From: Blasia pusilla
Taxonomy: Eukaryota
DNA: 64,000 nt
Assembly: GCA_050084515.1 (NCBI GenBank)
Contig: CM114271.1
Location: 3,038,001 to 3,102,000, forward strand
Reading direction: 5' to 3'
Part shown: in pieces, positions 37,801 through 51,523 of the stretch
How positions within the stretch are numbered: the first letter of the stretch is position 1
How the letters are laid out: each line of letters opens with the position of its first letter
The notes under the pieces: model-generated
Database searches by the model: none
Told to the model about the DNA's origin: nothing
The model's input: only the letters and a program-made list of their open reading frames with translations
Program-made: the position numbers and the translations under genes

Positions 37801-40800
37801 ATAAGAGCATCATTCTATGTATTATCAATTAGTACGATAATACATCTCCAATTGCCTACTCTAGGGAAAAAGCATGGCATGAGAAACATTAGTGATAGAT
37901 GATAGATTCACTTGTAAAATAACATAAATAATTTGTATAGATTTTTGAATTACATTTGTTCACATATAAATGAACTTAGATGATTGCATGATTGTAACAT
38001 GTGTCTGAAAGGATGTCCTTAATAGTCTTAACGATATTAAATAATAGTCATGAGTAATAGTAAAGTACTAAATAAGTCCCAATCCTCTCCAGGCTCTATT
38101 CCATTCCTAATTTCTGAGTTCTACACTAATGTACAAGATTTCAAAGTCAAAAAATATCTGAGGATACAATTATTTTATGAATTTGAAGTGACCTTCTTGT
38201 GAGTGTTAGAAAACGAATCTTCATTCTTATGATATATAAATGGATTTTTTTCCTTGTAAGAAAAGTTTTTCCTTACCATTAAGTTATCTATAAATTTATA
38301 AAGAGTTAGATATAAAATGAGAGATTCAAGAGCCTCTTAGATCAAGTTTTAAATTTTTGTGAGATTTTTTGTTTCATAGTTATTTATGAATTATATATAT
38401 CTAAATCTTTGAATGTGCTTATAATCCTCTTTTAAGATTTATGTGTTCAATGACGTAAGGGGTAAATGATGATACGATGCATTGGAAATTATTCTTCTAG
38501 GTAAAAATTATAGAAAATTAATTTATAATCACGTATATAATATTCCTATATGCTTAAAAATTATTTTTCATATTAATCTTGTACAATTTTCAATTGGTTA
38601 TGTTCTAAAGTAGTAACATATGGTTTGTGTCCTAAATTTTCTTTCCATATCATTTAGCATACTTCCCATAAAGTATAATTTAATCCATTAATTGGGCATT
38701 TTAAACTAGGTTAGTCTTATTTCATCCTCTTCTTGATACCTATAGTTGGGCAAAACAACAATTCTTGTATGGGGAGTGGAGTGAATTTTAAGTTCCTATC
38801 CTTATTTGAATGGATATTTTCATTGTAACCTCTCATAGTCTAATGTCCATTTCAATGTGGAGCTAAAACTAGCTTAACATGACATCAAACATATGGTCAT
38901 GTTTCATGTTATGTTAGACTACAAAAGTTTCAACTAGTTTCTTGGTGTGTTTTTTTTTAAAAATGTTTGACACAAAAAATCTTGTTATAAGTGAAGTTGA
39001 TCTTGTTTATGTTTAATAAAATGGTAAGACAACTGAAATAAGTAGTTCTTCCATATGCAATTATGGTTGTAAACGTGTTAGGGACCAAAAATAGGGCCAC
39101 ACTCCAAGAATTCGGATGAAGGAAAAGCATTTATAAATCTTCAACTTCCAAGAAATTATCATGTGATAAGTCATAATCACCTTCACTAGTCCTTGAAGAG
39201 CAAGAATAACCCAAACTTGACTAAGATTCAATAGAATCTTCTCAAGAATTTGGATTGCAAGGGCATGTCACACATCCTTAAGAATGGTTTATCAATTGCA
39301 TAACTAATCAATGAAAATACACTACTTCAAGATCAACTCTTTAGACCAACTCGTCTTATAATAAATAAGATAATTTCACAAATATAGATCATTTAGCCAA
39401 GTAACAAAATTGTCCTCCCCTAACTATGTAATTGAGTGTGCAATGAAGAAGGCTTTTGCATCATTTAGCTTTTCTACACCCACTTAGTATAACATTTTGG
39501 AATTCTGAATTCAACTCCCTATATCATGGTTAAGCACATATTCTAGAATTACAAGAATACGATAACAAATCTTTAAATAATTAAAAAATCTACTAGAGTC
39601 TGAAAAAATCCTAATTTAGAAATGAAGTATCTTGGAAAAGACATAACTAGTGGATTCAATATCTTACATATAGAATTTCACATAATTTTGCAATAGAAAA
39701 GGAATATAGGAGAGCCTAAAAGTTTTACAAAAAGGAATTATTTTGTAACAGATCTTTCATCACTTTTTCCCTATTGCCTCTTAGGTATGATCCTACCCAC
39801 GTTGTTTATACTCATTCTACTCATACAAGACCAACCAATCTTCTTTACTCCCACTTTTAACTTATAAGTTCCTATTGATCTTTATTCAACTTAACCTTGT
39901 GATGACCCAAAGTAGGTTCATCCACATTACTATCACTCTTAGTTATCATATTTGTTATCTCCATGGGGCATGTTGAGTGCTTTACTACAAAATTTGACTA
40001 TCCAATGCACGAACCTTCTAAAGGACACATAATTAGAAACTATAATTACATGGTATACCCATATAAAGACTGAGACGCTAGACTTTACAAATTTCAAATG
40101 AATTTTTAACACATTGTTCTAAAAGTATCTAGTACACTTCTTGAAACAAGATTTTTCAAGTATTGTAGGACTAATTGATGATAGTCTAATATCAATAAGT
40201 AAAGGACTTAATAATTTTTGTTTAACTTCTCCATTGATGTGAAAATAACATCCAACCATAGAATGAGGATCTCCTACTAATTCATATGTTTCTTCACTCA
40301 CTTACAATGCACACTAATGGTTTTTGGGTGTCCCTCATTCCTTTATGACTAACTTTGCTTTATGTTCTTTTGTACTCCTTGCTAAATATTTTGATGTAGG
40401 AAGTCTAATTCCCCTATAGAATACAGTGAATCCATTTTCATCCTCTTGATTATTAAAAAATCATTGGAGTGTCTTATTTCCCAATGCTAGTGCAACTTTT
40501 ATTGAACGTAGTATAAGGGGCACAACATTCCCAAGTTACAAAATACATATTCTATTGAAAACATATATCTTTCAAATTTAACTTTTTTTTCTAATGAAAA
40601 ACACACATTTCAAATATAAATTTTGCTCTAAAGTGAAATTTCATGACTATGGGAGGACAGATGAGATTAAATGAAGGTGTGGAAGGATGCTCCATGGAAA
40701 TAATTTCAAGAGGTTATGGTAAGTTGCTACCAAAGACTGGCAAAGATGTGACACATGTCATTGTTTCTTTTTTTCCTTGTGTGTCCAATGGCACATAATT

Positions 40801-43800
40801 GTGTGTGATGCATGTAATGGTTCCTCTTAAGTCTAGGAGACTCAAGGAGGATGGTAATAGAGGGATAGATCTCTTATGAGCGGCCTTTCCTTTCCGACCG
40901 TGCATCTGATATTTCATTAGAGCATCAAATCTAGAGCTAGTTGAGGGAGGGTTGAATCCCGTTGATATATCTTAAACTATTGGCGATGAGCTATGCTAGT
41001 ATATTTAGACTAATTTATATTATGTTAATTAAGAGTGGGGTAGGACCGATATCTATATTACTCATTTTTTATTTGGTTGTATTTACAATAAATATTTAAT
41101 GAAAATATAAGATTTACTTAATAAGTTTTTAATTAATTTTTTCTTGATCTTGTGTCTCTTTTGTATAAGCATAATGTTTATTTTTACTATCTTTATCCAT
41201 ATTGGGGGCGAATTTTGTGGTAGAACATCGGAAGGAACTGCCCTTTAAAGCATCCATATCGAAGATTGTGATGAATTGTCACACTTTAGAATCAATTTAA
41301 CTACAATGTTTGCTCCATAGGGTTTTTGTTTAGGGAAACTAATAGAGAAACCAAGAGTATCATATCTCTTTTCTCATTTTGTGAATTTTCTATTCATGTC
41401 ATTTGTAGACGTCTTTCCTTTTAGCCTTTGATAGTTGTGAATAGTGCCTAGAAGAGATAGCACCTCTTTTTGGATTATGCTGTAGTTCAAATCTAATAAA
41501 CTCAACTCTAGAACATAGAGATAATAGAAAATGATGAAGTTCTTCCTTGATTAATTTTTTTTTGTTTGATTCAATCAATGGTTGCTTACTCGTCTTCGAA
41601 AGAAACTTCAAGCTTCCCATGAATTGATTCATATCCTTTTCTATTTTAGTTGATACCTCTTCTTACTTAAAAATAACTTGTTGTGTAACACCAAATGTCT
41701 TCTTGCGTCAAATAAAGCTCTTCCCACCCTAGGCCAATATAACAAAAAGATCCTTACCTCAAGAATATATATAATCTTAATGTCTTTTCTTACCAGAGTT
41801 TTTACTAAAAACACCAAGAAATTCTACTCGACATCAAGCCCATGCTTGAAACACACACATACACTTGGATAGAAAGAAAATACTTTATGTACTTCATAGA
41901 ATCCCAAGGCATCTTTATACTTTCGAAGTACAAAGTGATCTCACATAAAAAGATAAAATCCAAACTCTCCATTCTACCTCATCTACTCCTTCTCCTACAA
42001 AGACTTGTACCTCTTCTTTACTTCTTTGTTCTTGTCCTATTGGAAATCTCGAAGAGTTTCTCTGCTAACAATCCCAATAGAAGAGTAGCTTGCTAACCCT
42101 TTATCTTTTGGTTTTCTTCCAATATCTTATCCACATCAAGAGCTCCAATTTTCTTTTCTAGCTCACTAATTATAGTCATCGACTCACCAAGTGAGCTAAT
42201 TAAATGTTGTATCATTCATAGCATTTTTCACGCTTCACTACTTCTCGTACTTTCTCTACACTATGCACTAGCGCCTAATAATTGTCGAGAATTATCCATA
42301 TTGATAACTTCTATGTCTTCTTCTAGATATGCATGGAACTCTTCTATGTCTCCCTAGTTTCTCACATCCCATAGGTGTATCAAGTGCAATCCTACATAAG
42401 ACAATGCAGTCTTCTCATCCAATAGCTCCATCATCAATCTATTGTTGCATTATACCTGTAATGTAATAACCCTAGTTTTGAATCATGAGATAGTAGATAG
42501 CATATACTATAACCTAAGTTATTCTCCCATTTCACTATGTCCTACTCTACTAATAATCATATTAGAAAAAAATCATATTTTCTAAAAGACCACATTTCTC
42601 GAAATTGGTGTTATACTCCTCCAATGCTTCTCTATAGAAGTGAAGATGACTGCCATGTATTCTTGATGGTCTATTTGGTTTGAAAATACTCTGAAGGAAT
42701 TTAACGAAGGTTTCGAGCCTTCCAAAAAAATCTCTATAAAGCTAAACTCATAAACCTCAGACCAAGTAGTTTCATCCTAATTCTATGGCTAATAGTGAAG
42801 TTCATCTAATCATGTTGTCACTATTTCCTTGAAGCGTCTTAGTAGCTCCACATATGAGATATTCTACCCGCGCGCTTTTGAATAAGATCTTCAACTTAAG
42901 TTCTTCCATCTTTCTTGAAATTTATCTCCAATCACTTACCATAGTTATCTTATTCAACACCAATTTGGACACCATTTCAAAATTTCAAAATTAATAAAGT
43001 TTCACTTTATTTTTGAATAATCTCTTGAACCCAATGCTTTTCTCTCAATTGTGTGTAGAAAGGTAGAGCATTGATGCCAACACAAAAGGGGCCCTCTCCC
43101 TCTCTGAAAGCTTATATTTTTTTATAGCCATTTACAACTCTCCAAGTTCTTCATGCTTCTGTTTGAATTGTGGCACGTATGGGTCCCTTGTACTCCATAT
43201 CTTCTTTGTCCCTAAATCTGATAATTTTCACCTTGGCCAAAACCTTTCTATCATGACACTCATGCTTTTACTTATTTTGGCCTAAACACTTTGTCTCATT
43301 CCTCATTATTTCTCCATAACGCCCACCTCTTCTTTGTAAGGTAATCGAAAAAAAATCTACTTATCTTTATAACTCCTTCTTTAATCCTTAAATGAGAGTA
43401 TCACATCAATTTTATAGCTAGCCAAGGAGAAATTTATATCTAAACAACAGGTTTTATTATGTGTGTCCAATATTTTGTGCATGGATGTTCTAAGATTCAT
43501 AGGATAAATGGATCTTAGGTATGTGTAGATGAAAACCAATCTATATTGGTTAGTAATGTCTACTTAGATAACTAATACCTCCATTAATCTCACTTAGGTT
43601 CAATCTATCAAATAGTCCACAAGTACATGAGCTTGCTTGTAAGCATTCATATACTTGTCACATTTATTTTGGAAAATTGATCTAGAAAGGGTTGGAAAGC
43701 CATTTCCTTGAAGAATGGATATCATGAATGCAAATATATAATTTTTTCAATGTTTCTTTTATTTTTCCTAATTCTCCGTCCCAAAAATGGTGATGTTCGC

Positions 43801-46800
43801 AAAGTTATTGGTCTTCTACGCAATGAAGTTTTAAAAAAATAGTGTCCAAAATTTATTGGAAATCTATTTCCCTCCTATTTTTTCTTTCACCATGATGTAG
43901 TTTTCTTGATTGAATCAAAATTAACGCTACTTCCCTCTCCCATCGCTCTAACTATTTCTTCTTCACCAAACTTGCAAATTTGTAAGTGATAAGTTGAATG
44001 GTTATTATATTCAAGAAGGTTCCTTCAAGTAAATTGATACCATTTATTAGCAAGTTTGAAAAAGTGCATGCATATGAATGGTTGTTTTGGCACTCACTAC
44101 CACTCACCCTTGATAATATAGACCAAGAAGAAAATTAGATGGATAAGTGAGTTTTGTACACTATTTTGGTAATTACTTAATTTAGACTTATCTTTGATTT
44201 TTTAAAATTTACAATCTTGAAACTCCTTCTGAGATGAGTTGTGTAAGGAGGAGTTTCACCCACTGATACTCTCTCCATGCCTTCTTATAACATGAGGGCT
44301 TTGAAATGACCTACAACATCATAGTGTGGGGAAGTAATTTAGGTTTCTCTGCCACACTTTGGATGGTAAAACTATCTTATGTGAAATATTTACGTGTAAA
44401 AATTATATATCTATGAGATAAATACTCACACTAAAAAAGTTTAATTGCATAATATAAAGTGGGGAATGCGAGGAAAACTCTCTTCTCACTAGTAATATGC
44501 ATTGATCTATAAAAAGATTTCTTTATGATGTGTCCAAGTAATTTTTTTCTATATTGGAAAAATACGTTTTGGTTTTCATAATATGCATGAAAGAAAGGTG
44601 TAAATTAATTCTCCATCCAATTCAAAAAAATAAAAGCCTCATTTTTTTAATCTCTCTTTTAATATAAAATAGAATGGTAATTTACAACTTACCAACAGTT
44701 TTGCTTTAAAATTTCTCACATCCAGAAATAAATTTTGAATGTAAGACTACAATAGAGCACTTTGATGTGCACACAAACAAGACGAATGACAAACCATGAT
44801 ATAATTAGAGAGGAAATGGCATTAATGGTTGTACGATACAACCTCGAGCAAGAGCGACTATATGTCCTTACTTATACCATAGAAGCAAATACCTCTTGTT
44901 GAATATTTGATATTGTTATGTCTTAAGGTGGATTTTGTTTATTGGGTGATTTGGGGGCTCTTGATCCAACACGTTCCGACTTCGTGTGTTGAGGTGCACA
45001 TACTAAAGGTTCCACGATTGATGCAAAATAAAAAATAAGAAAGTTAAGTTATGTGATGAGAGATGCGACCGATGGATTTATTCCTTTTTTTTGGCACTTA
45101 GATGTGTCTTTTGATACTTTCCTAAAAGCATGTACTCACCATGCCCTCTAAAATCAACTCGACCCTTCTCCTAGTCCTCTCTCCATTTTCACTACTAGTT
45201 TTCATCAATACATCGTGGTGATATTACAACATGCACAAACAATGCTTTTAATAAGTGAAGCCAGAGTAGTTGGTAGCCACTCATCGTTGTCTAGTTATCC
45301 TTTCACATACTACCTATCCCCAATATTTGTGTGAGATATGTTATGTCCTTGATATCCATTCACATACTACCTACCACTATCATTTGTGTGAGATTTGTTG
45401 AGGGTTGGTTGGCATTTTCTTTTTCTTGTGAGGTGGTAACTTCTTTTCTTTTTTTTTTTTTTTAAGAAAGTAGATTCTACTACTTAGAAGTAGCATAGGT
45501 ATTTTGAACTAGCATTTTGGAGTAGCGTAGGATTCACATTGAAGAAGACAACACATACCACTTGGTGCAACCACATAAATACACATAATTTTTAGTATAT
45601 TTTAACGAACCCGTGGGATGCGCGAACTCAACGTGGCATGCTCCCTAAGACGACGACCAGGGACAAATGCACTCGATTGGCATGAGATGCTGAATGTCCC
45701 ATATGTCCACAATATTAGAGTAGGATAATTGGTACTAAGTACGCCCATTATATATAGGTTGTTCGACAGGATGAAGATGAAGGGGACGGGTTGAACAAGA
45801 TATCACACGATATCCACGGAGCTGATAGATACGGATCGATTATGCTGCTGCCATGTATGTTGGTCGTTTGCGTGTTGCGAGGAGATGGAGATTGAAAGAA
45901 ACGTGAGACATGGATTCCCTACATGTGAAGAAAGAGAGCGAAGAGGCTGATTGTGACCATACCTTTTCCTAATTTTAGTATTCCTTTGTGGAGACCTCGC
46001 GGGAGACCTCATGCTTGTTTGGCACCGCGAGGAATGATTTGTAGTTTGTGATTTCCTGGAAAAAGAACCTATGTGATCGTGGTGCGTGTGATCAAGATAT
46101 TGCCTTCCTTTCTCGCAAAAAGTCCTTGAGTTCTTTGTCGAGGGAATCTCGTCTCCTGAAGCTCTTGGCTCACTCATCTGGTCTTAGACGCATTCATGTA
46201 CAAGATTTCGATTTCATCTTTTCGATATTGATACGAAGCGTAGTGTACTTTATGGGAGGCACAGAAAGGTTACGTTTTCGTTATCTTCACTTTTGCAAAC
46301 CTAACTAAAGGCGCTTCTCGCGTGTGGAGTGAATGATTATTCTCGCAATGGAAAGGGTGGATACGGGAATGCTTGGCCTCTTAAGTTTGCGACCATCGTT
46401 CAACTTGGCGAGAGAGAGTGGAATGTTTTCGAAAAGGTTTTGAGAGGGGGGGGCGGGGAACCTCATGTCTTTCTGAGGAAGGGAGCGTGCAGGCTTGTGG
46501 ATTCAACACACCTAATTACCTCGGAAAACGTCATCTCAGTTAGATCAAATGACCAAATAGATACATAATCGCGTTCGTCAAAAGCAGGTGGGTTGCATCA
46601 CTAATTTGGCCGATGTGAGTGATTTCACATGTTGTGAGCAGACTGGTATCTCCTCCCGATGCGGAAAGTCGTCAATTTAAAGCGCTAGGGCTGTATCACT
46701 TGTTAGGCCGCTGTTTTCGGAGGGCTCTGCACAATCCTCCCTGTGAGACTGTACGCGACGATCAATGAGAGAAAGAAATGGTCTACCTAGGTTGGAACGA

Positions 46801-49800
46801 AGACTCCACCTGGGGTAAGGGGGCGTTCATCGCTGAAGACAAAGTCCTCTTTATCAATCTCGAATGGCTGACGAGAAGCCCGAACAAGAGAATCCCATGG
46901 AACGATTCGAACTCTCGATGGACCAATGGAAGCGTCGGAGGAGACACATGAGAAAACGATGTCTGAAATGATGAAACAACGGATCATTGGCATCATGGGC
47001 AGCGCTTCTTTCCAAAAAGTGCGATGCTAGGCTATACCTACGCTACAGGTTTCATAGTTTCGATTGCCTAGCCTTTGGTCAGCACAGTCGTGAACCGTAG
47101 GTATTTACCCCTACGGTTTATCGAGAGTCCTCGAACGGGACTCTCGATAAAGATGTGAATGCAATGGCTCCTTGGAAAGATGCGCCTGTGAACGAATGCT
47201 TGAGTGTTCCATATATCCTTAATTCGGTCGTATTTCTTTCACGACCTAGCAACACGGCAACGACCAAGCAAGCACTTTGTGTGTTGATTGCATCATGGCT
47301 CCCCAAGGCTCACTCAGAATTTGGATGAGTTAGCGTCAGGTTCTTAGAAAAGGCCTGCTGCTAAAAGCTACAAGGCTCGACGGGTTGAGGACGGAATGTG
47401 AGAGGACATTCCGAGAGGCCAATTGTAAACCTTAGAACAATTTTTTAAAAGACATCTCTGAGACAACAAGTTTGAATCAAACGGATAAACAATTCTGGAG
47501 GACAAGACATTAGATAGTCAATTGTGTAACTCTCGCTCACATTGTAGACCGATCTTGGTCGTGGAAAGATATTACAATCCTAAACGGTTCTCCACGACTT
47601 ACCGTCTGGGATCTCCCTAAATGACGGGATACGTTTTCATTTGACTCTGTAAAAGAACAGGAAGCACTGCACTCCCACAAAAAGATCTCGTCGGAGGGGA
47701 AAAGCGCTTGTGGAGCTCATCCGAATGGAGAACGATCCCCGCAGTCCTTAAGATTCGCGTAGAGAAGTGTATGTTGACCGCTTCTCTTTTTCTTCTCTTA
47801 AAAAATTTTCCTTCCGTTTTGTTTATTCAATAAATTGCACGAGCTTTTATGGCACCTTGGGAGTGCAATATACAGGTGCTTTGACCACTTCATCTTTCTT
47901 TAAAGTCAAAGCACAAATCTACCTTTCAATGATAGATCGTGTTACAGATTTTAGGTGACCATCCAACACTACGGCTAGCCTTGTAGCTGAATTAAGATCG
48001 GAAAAGAAAAGTGACCGTGTAGTTCTCCGGTTTGGCAATGCGCTCTTCAGCGATCGCATTCCAGTCTCGTGACCCTCGTAGAAACCATTCATCGTTGAGC
48101 TGGTTGGAGCTAGGACACATTCGGACGAAGAACGAGTTACTCCGCTGCCATCCCTCTCTTCATGACATTCTTTTCACCTCAGGGTAGTTATCACAAATCT
48201 GGAAAACATTAAAACTACATGATTGACTCTCGTCTAAAAGGTGAACCACTGTAGCGTTCATAATTCTTATCACATTTCACCAAAATATCTACGCAAACTT
48301 GCTGGGAGCCTGGGACTCTGGGAGATTCATTGTGTCCTCGTCATCTGATGACGTCACTAGGATTGTTGCTTGCACAGTGGGGGAATCGGGGGATTTGCAC
48401 CCCAGCAGGAATAGAAAGAGTAATTGAAAGGTGGAAGGGGGAGTTGGGGAGGGGGAGTTGACTGGATTGATGCATATTAGTCATAATGTAATCAATGGAG
48501 CATTATTTTCCCCCGGTGATATGACATCCAAAAGTGGAGAAGCAAATATAATGCGAGTGTCACCCATACACTTCCGAAGTAGTCCTTTCTCAATTGAATG
48601 AATGACAGATGCCTTTGTCTTTTACTGTTCTTGAAGTGAAATCAATTCGAAAGACGGACCGACCCATTTCCACGTCGATGGGAGAGAGATGGGACTTTGG
48701 AGTCCATTCAAAATCCTCGGGAGATAATACTGCGGTTGTAAAGTACATGGGGGAAGTACAAAGCTCCTACGTGCTTGGCACCGCTTGCACTCTGGCAAAC
48801 AAAAGTCCTCTGAGACATCTTCCTGGAAAGAGAGCAAAGCAGATCAGTATTTCGAAATGCCGAGTGAGTGTAAGTAAAAGTGTGAGCGAGGCAAATAAGT
48901 AAGTGGACCCCTGAAGGCAAAGGTCGCAGAACTCTCGCCTTGCCAACCCCGGGAAAAAGCAATTTCTTAGCTGCTCTCTCTCATTGGACTGCACCGTGAC
49001 GTGGGCACCGTCCTGACGTGTAGATTGAGAGGGATGACATCGATATTAGCCTGGACTACGGATCGATCTTACCTACCGTCACGATTTTTTCACTGTTCTT
49101 CGTATAGCCTAGGTTTGGATTCGCTCCCGGAGCCATGTTGTCACTGCGATTGTACGCCACTCCTGAAACAGAACCAGAGCGAAAATTGGCACGCTTAAAA
49201 TGAAAGAAATTGGGAATCAGTGCTGAAACGCAGGGTCACACATCTTGAAAGACAACCATGGTGTCTCCATAAATCCCCGATGATAGAATATTAATTTCTT
49301 GAGAAGGGGACCGTCCGTCTGTAGAAAAGAACAAGGAAAGTAAACAATGGAGGATTAGACCACGTGCAGGCTGGGTCAAGCAGGCAAGCGTTTCCTTGTT
49401 GCCAAAGGAGATTTGTCTTCTGAGCGGGAAGTTAGGCCACCCGGACCTACTAGCAAATATAGAAACAGGGTCCTAAACAAGGGCGAGAAAAATCATGAAA
49501 ACGCCTGGGAGAGTGTCGTCGCCCAAATTACCACGAACAACCGTGTAGGCGTACCGCGTACTTTGCTGGAAAACAGAGAGGTCAAGATGCTTCGCTTTCA
49601 GAAGTTCCATAGGCCAAGCTTTTCAAAGCGTGTCCGACCAGTGAATCCTGACCAGGAGCTACGCAGTACAGTCGCCAGCGCTTTGATTGTCGCCGCGCCC
49701 GGAATATCATCATCATCATAACCGGTCGATCATTTCCCGCCGGCTGGCAACAGTTCGGCTCAGCGTGCCCGCCGGGATGGTCGATGAGCGAGCGGATGAA

Positions 49801-50515
49801 GCGGGGCCGGGGCATGTGATGGGGGGGAGGATGGCGCTGCGGAGTCCCGGGTCGAGCGGGTGAGCTGGTGATAGGTCGAAGGCGTCTGTCGCGCTTAAGC
49901 GGATGCCCCATGTACCCAAGTACGGTCCTGTTACAAATTCCCTCCCGTAGCTGGATTCTGGCCGCCGTAGATTCTAAGGCAATCGCCATCCGGGCGCCGT
50001 GAGGCGTCGGGCGGCGACATGAACCCCGCGCCTTTCATGTCGCCGCCCAGCGCGTCACGGCGCCGGGTGGGAGATCCTTGGCCCGCGGTTGGACGTCTTC
50101 GACGAAGAAACCCGGCTTCGTCGCTAAAGATACGTCCGGGGCGTGACCCTTGCGACGAGCTGTCGAGTAGACGGCCGCGACTGGAACCTAGACACCGGGA
50201 AGGCGCGGAAGTCGTGGGCCTCCGAACTGGCCGTCGGATTGAGAGTTAGTTTCCCTGCCAACTGCCAGGATTGGGGCTACGGTAGCAGTTTCCAGAGGTA
50301 GTAGGCACGGGAGGACCCATCTCAGCTTTGCTGTTAACAGCTCACGAATTTTAAATTTAAACTCGCCCTCCGATCCTACCCGTCGCTTACACGAGTCATC
50401 GGGCAAGAGGTCTCGTGGGGAAGCGGAAGGATAATTCTGCGAGTCCTCAGAGGGCGGGCGGTCACGTTCAGTTGAGATTTGTTGTCTTTTCGGAAGTGTA
50501 GTGTGGTGTCGACGC

Positions 50516-50575
50516 AAGGCAGGCAGGCAGGCAGGCAGGCAGGAGGGCAGGGCAGGGCAGGGCAGGGCAGTGCAG
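50516..50575. repeat. Compound microsatellite (GGCA)n(GGGCA)n
   Basis: Seen directly. Confidence 0.9.
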
Positions 50576-51523
50576 GAGGGGAAGGGAGGGCAGTGATGGC
50601 AGACAGCACCAGAGCAGAACCGTGAGCAGACAGAAGAATAGAAGGGAAGGGAAGGGAAGGGGGAACGCAATCTAGTGTGTAAATTGCGCGTGTGGGAGTG
50701 CAGTGAAGGAGAGGGACAGGGCAGTGCAGGAGCCTCACCACATCCACCCAACCACCAACCCACAAGTGGGGGCAGAATGGGCTGGTCAGTACTGACTGAC
50801 TGGACTGGACGGACCCTGAGTGACAATAGAGGCGACGAAGTAAGAAGAGATGACCCACACATCCCCGCACCCACGTCCTTTCCGTGACGCGTGAAACACT
50901 GACTGCTTTCCCCCGGGGACGCCAAGGTGAAGCGAAGAAATGGTAGGAGAGTAGTTTATTCGAGAAAGTGGGACGTGGGATTAGTAACCAGGCACGGAGA
51001 ATCTCGGTCGGAGAAATCGGTAGGAGTTGTGTGGGGTTTTATCCACAGTTGCGGTAATTAATGTGTCAAAGAAGAAAAGCACAGTTGTGGTTGGGTCGGG
51101 TTGGGTGGGCTGGGCTGGGCTGGGGTGGTGTGAGGTGAGGTGGTCGGACGTGCTGCAGGTCTGGGTGGGAAGGAATCCATTCATGAGTAGGGCGGTGGGA
51201 CGACCGGTTACATTCCCTGAGAAATCAAGAACGGCAGGCAGTGGGGAGAGAAGCCATATAAGGAGATGTAGGACGGTGTGAGGGGTACGACAGGCTTTTA
51301 GCGTCCGCTTCTCCCCACTTCTCCTCCCCTCGCCCCGCTCCCCCCTTCCCCCGCCCCCCCGCCCTCCGCCCTCCGCCGGCTACCCGCCCCCGCGGCCTCC
51401 CTCTTCACTGAGCGTCCAGACCTCCTGCCTGTCTGCCTGGTGCTGGGGATTAACTGCCTGACTGTGTGGAAGTCATTTGGTGTTTGGACGTTTCGTTGGT
51501 GCAATCTGACTACACCAAACGCC

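Noticed and set aside
38000-45500. AT-rich stretch with faint retroelement-like traces
   Set aside because: No motif or terminal repeat could be supported by eye.
50188-50925. 245-aa minus-strand ORF
   Set aside because: Low-complexity translation of microsatellites with no recognisable domain.
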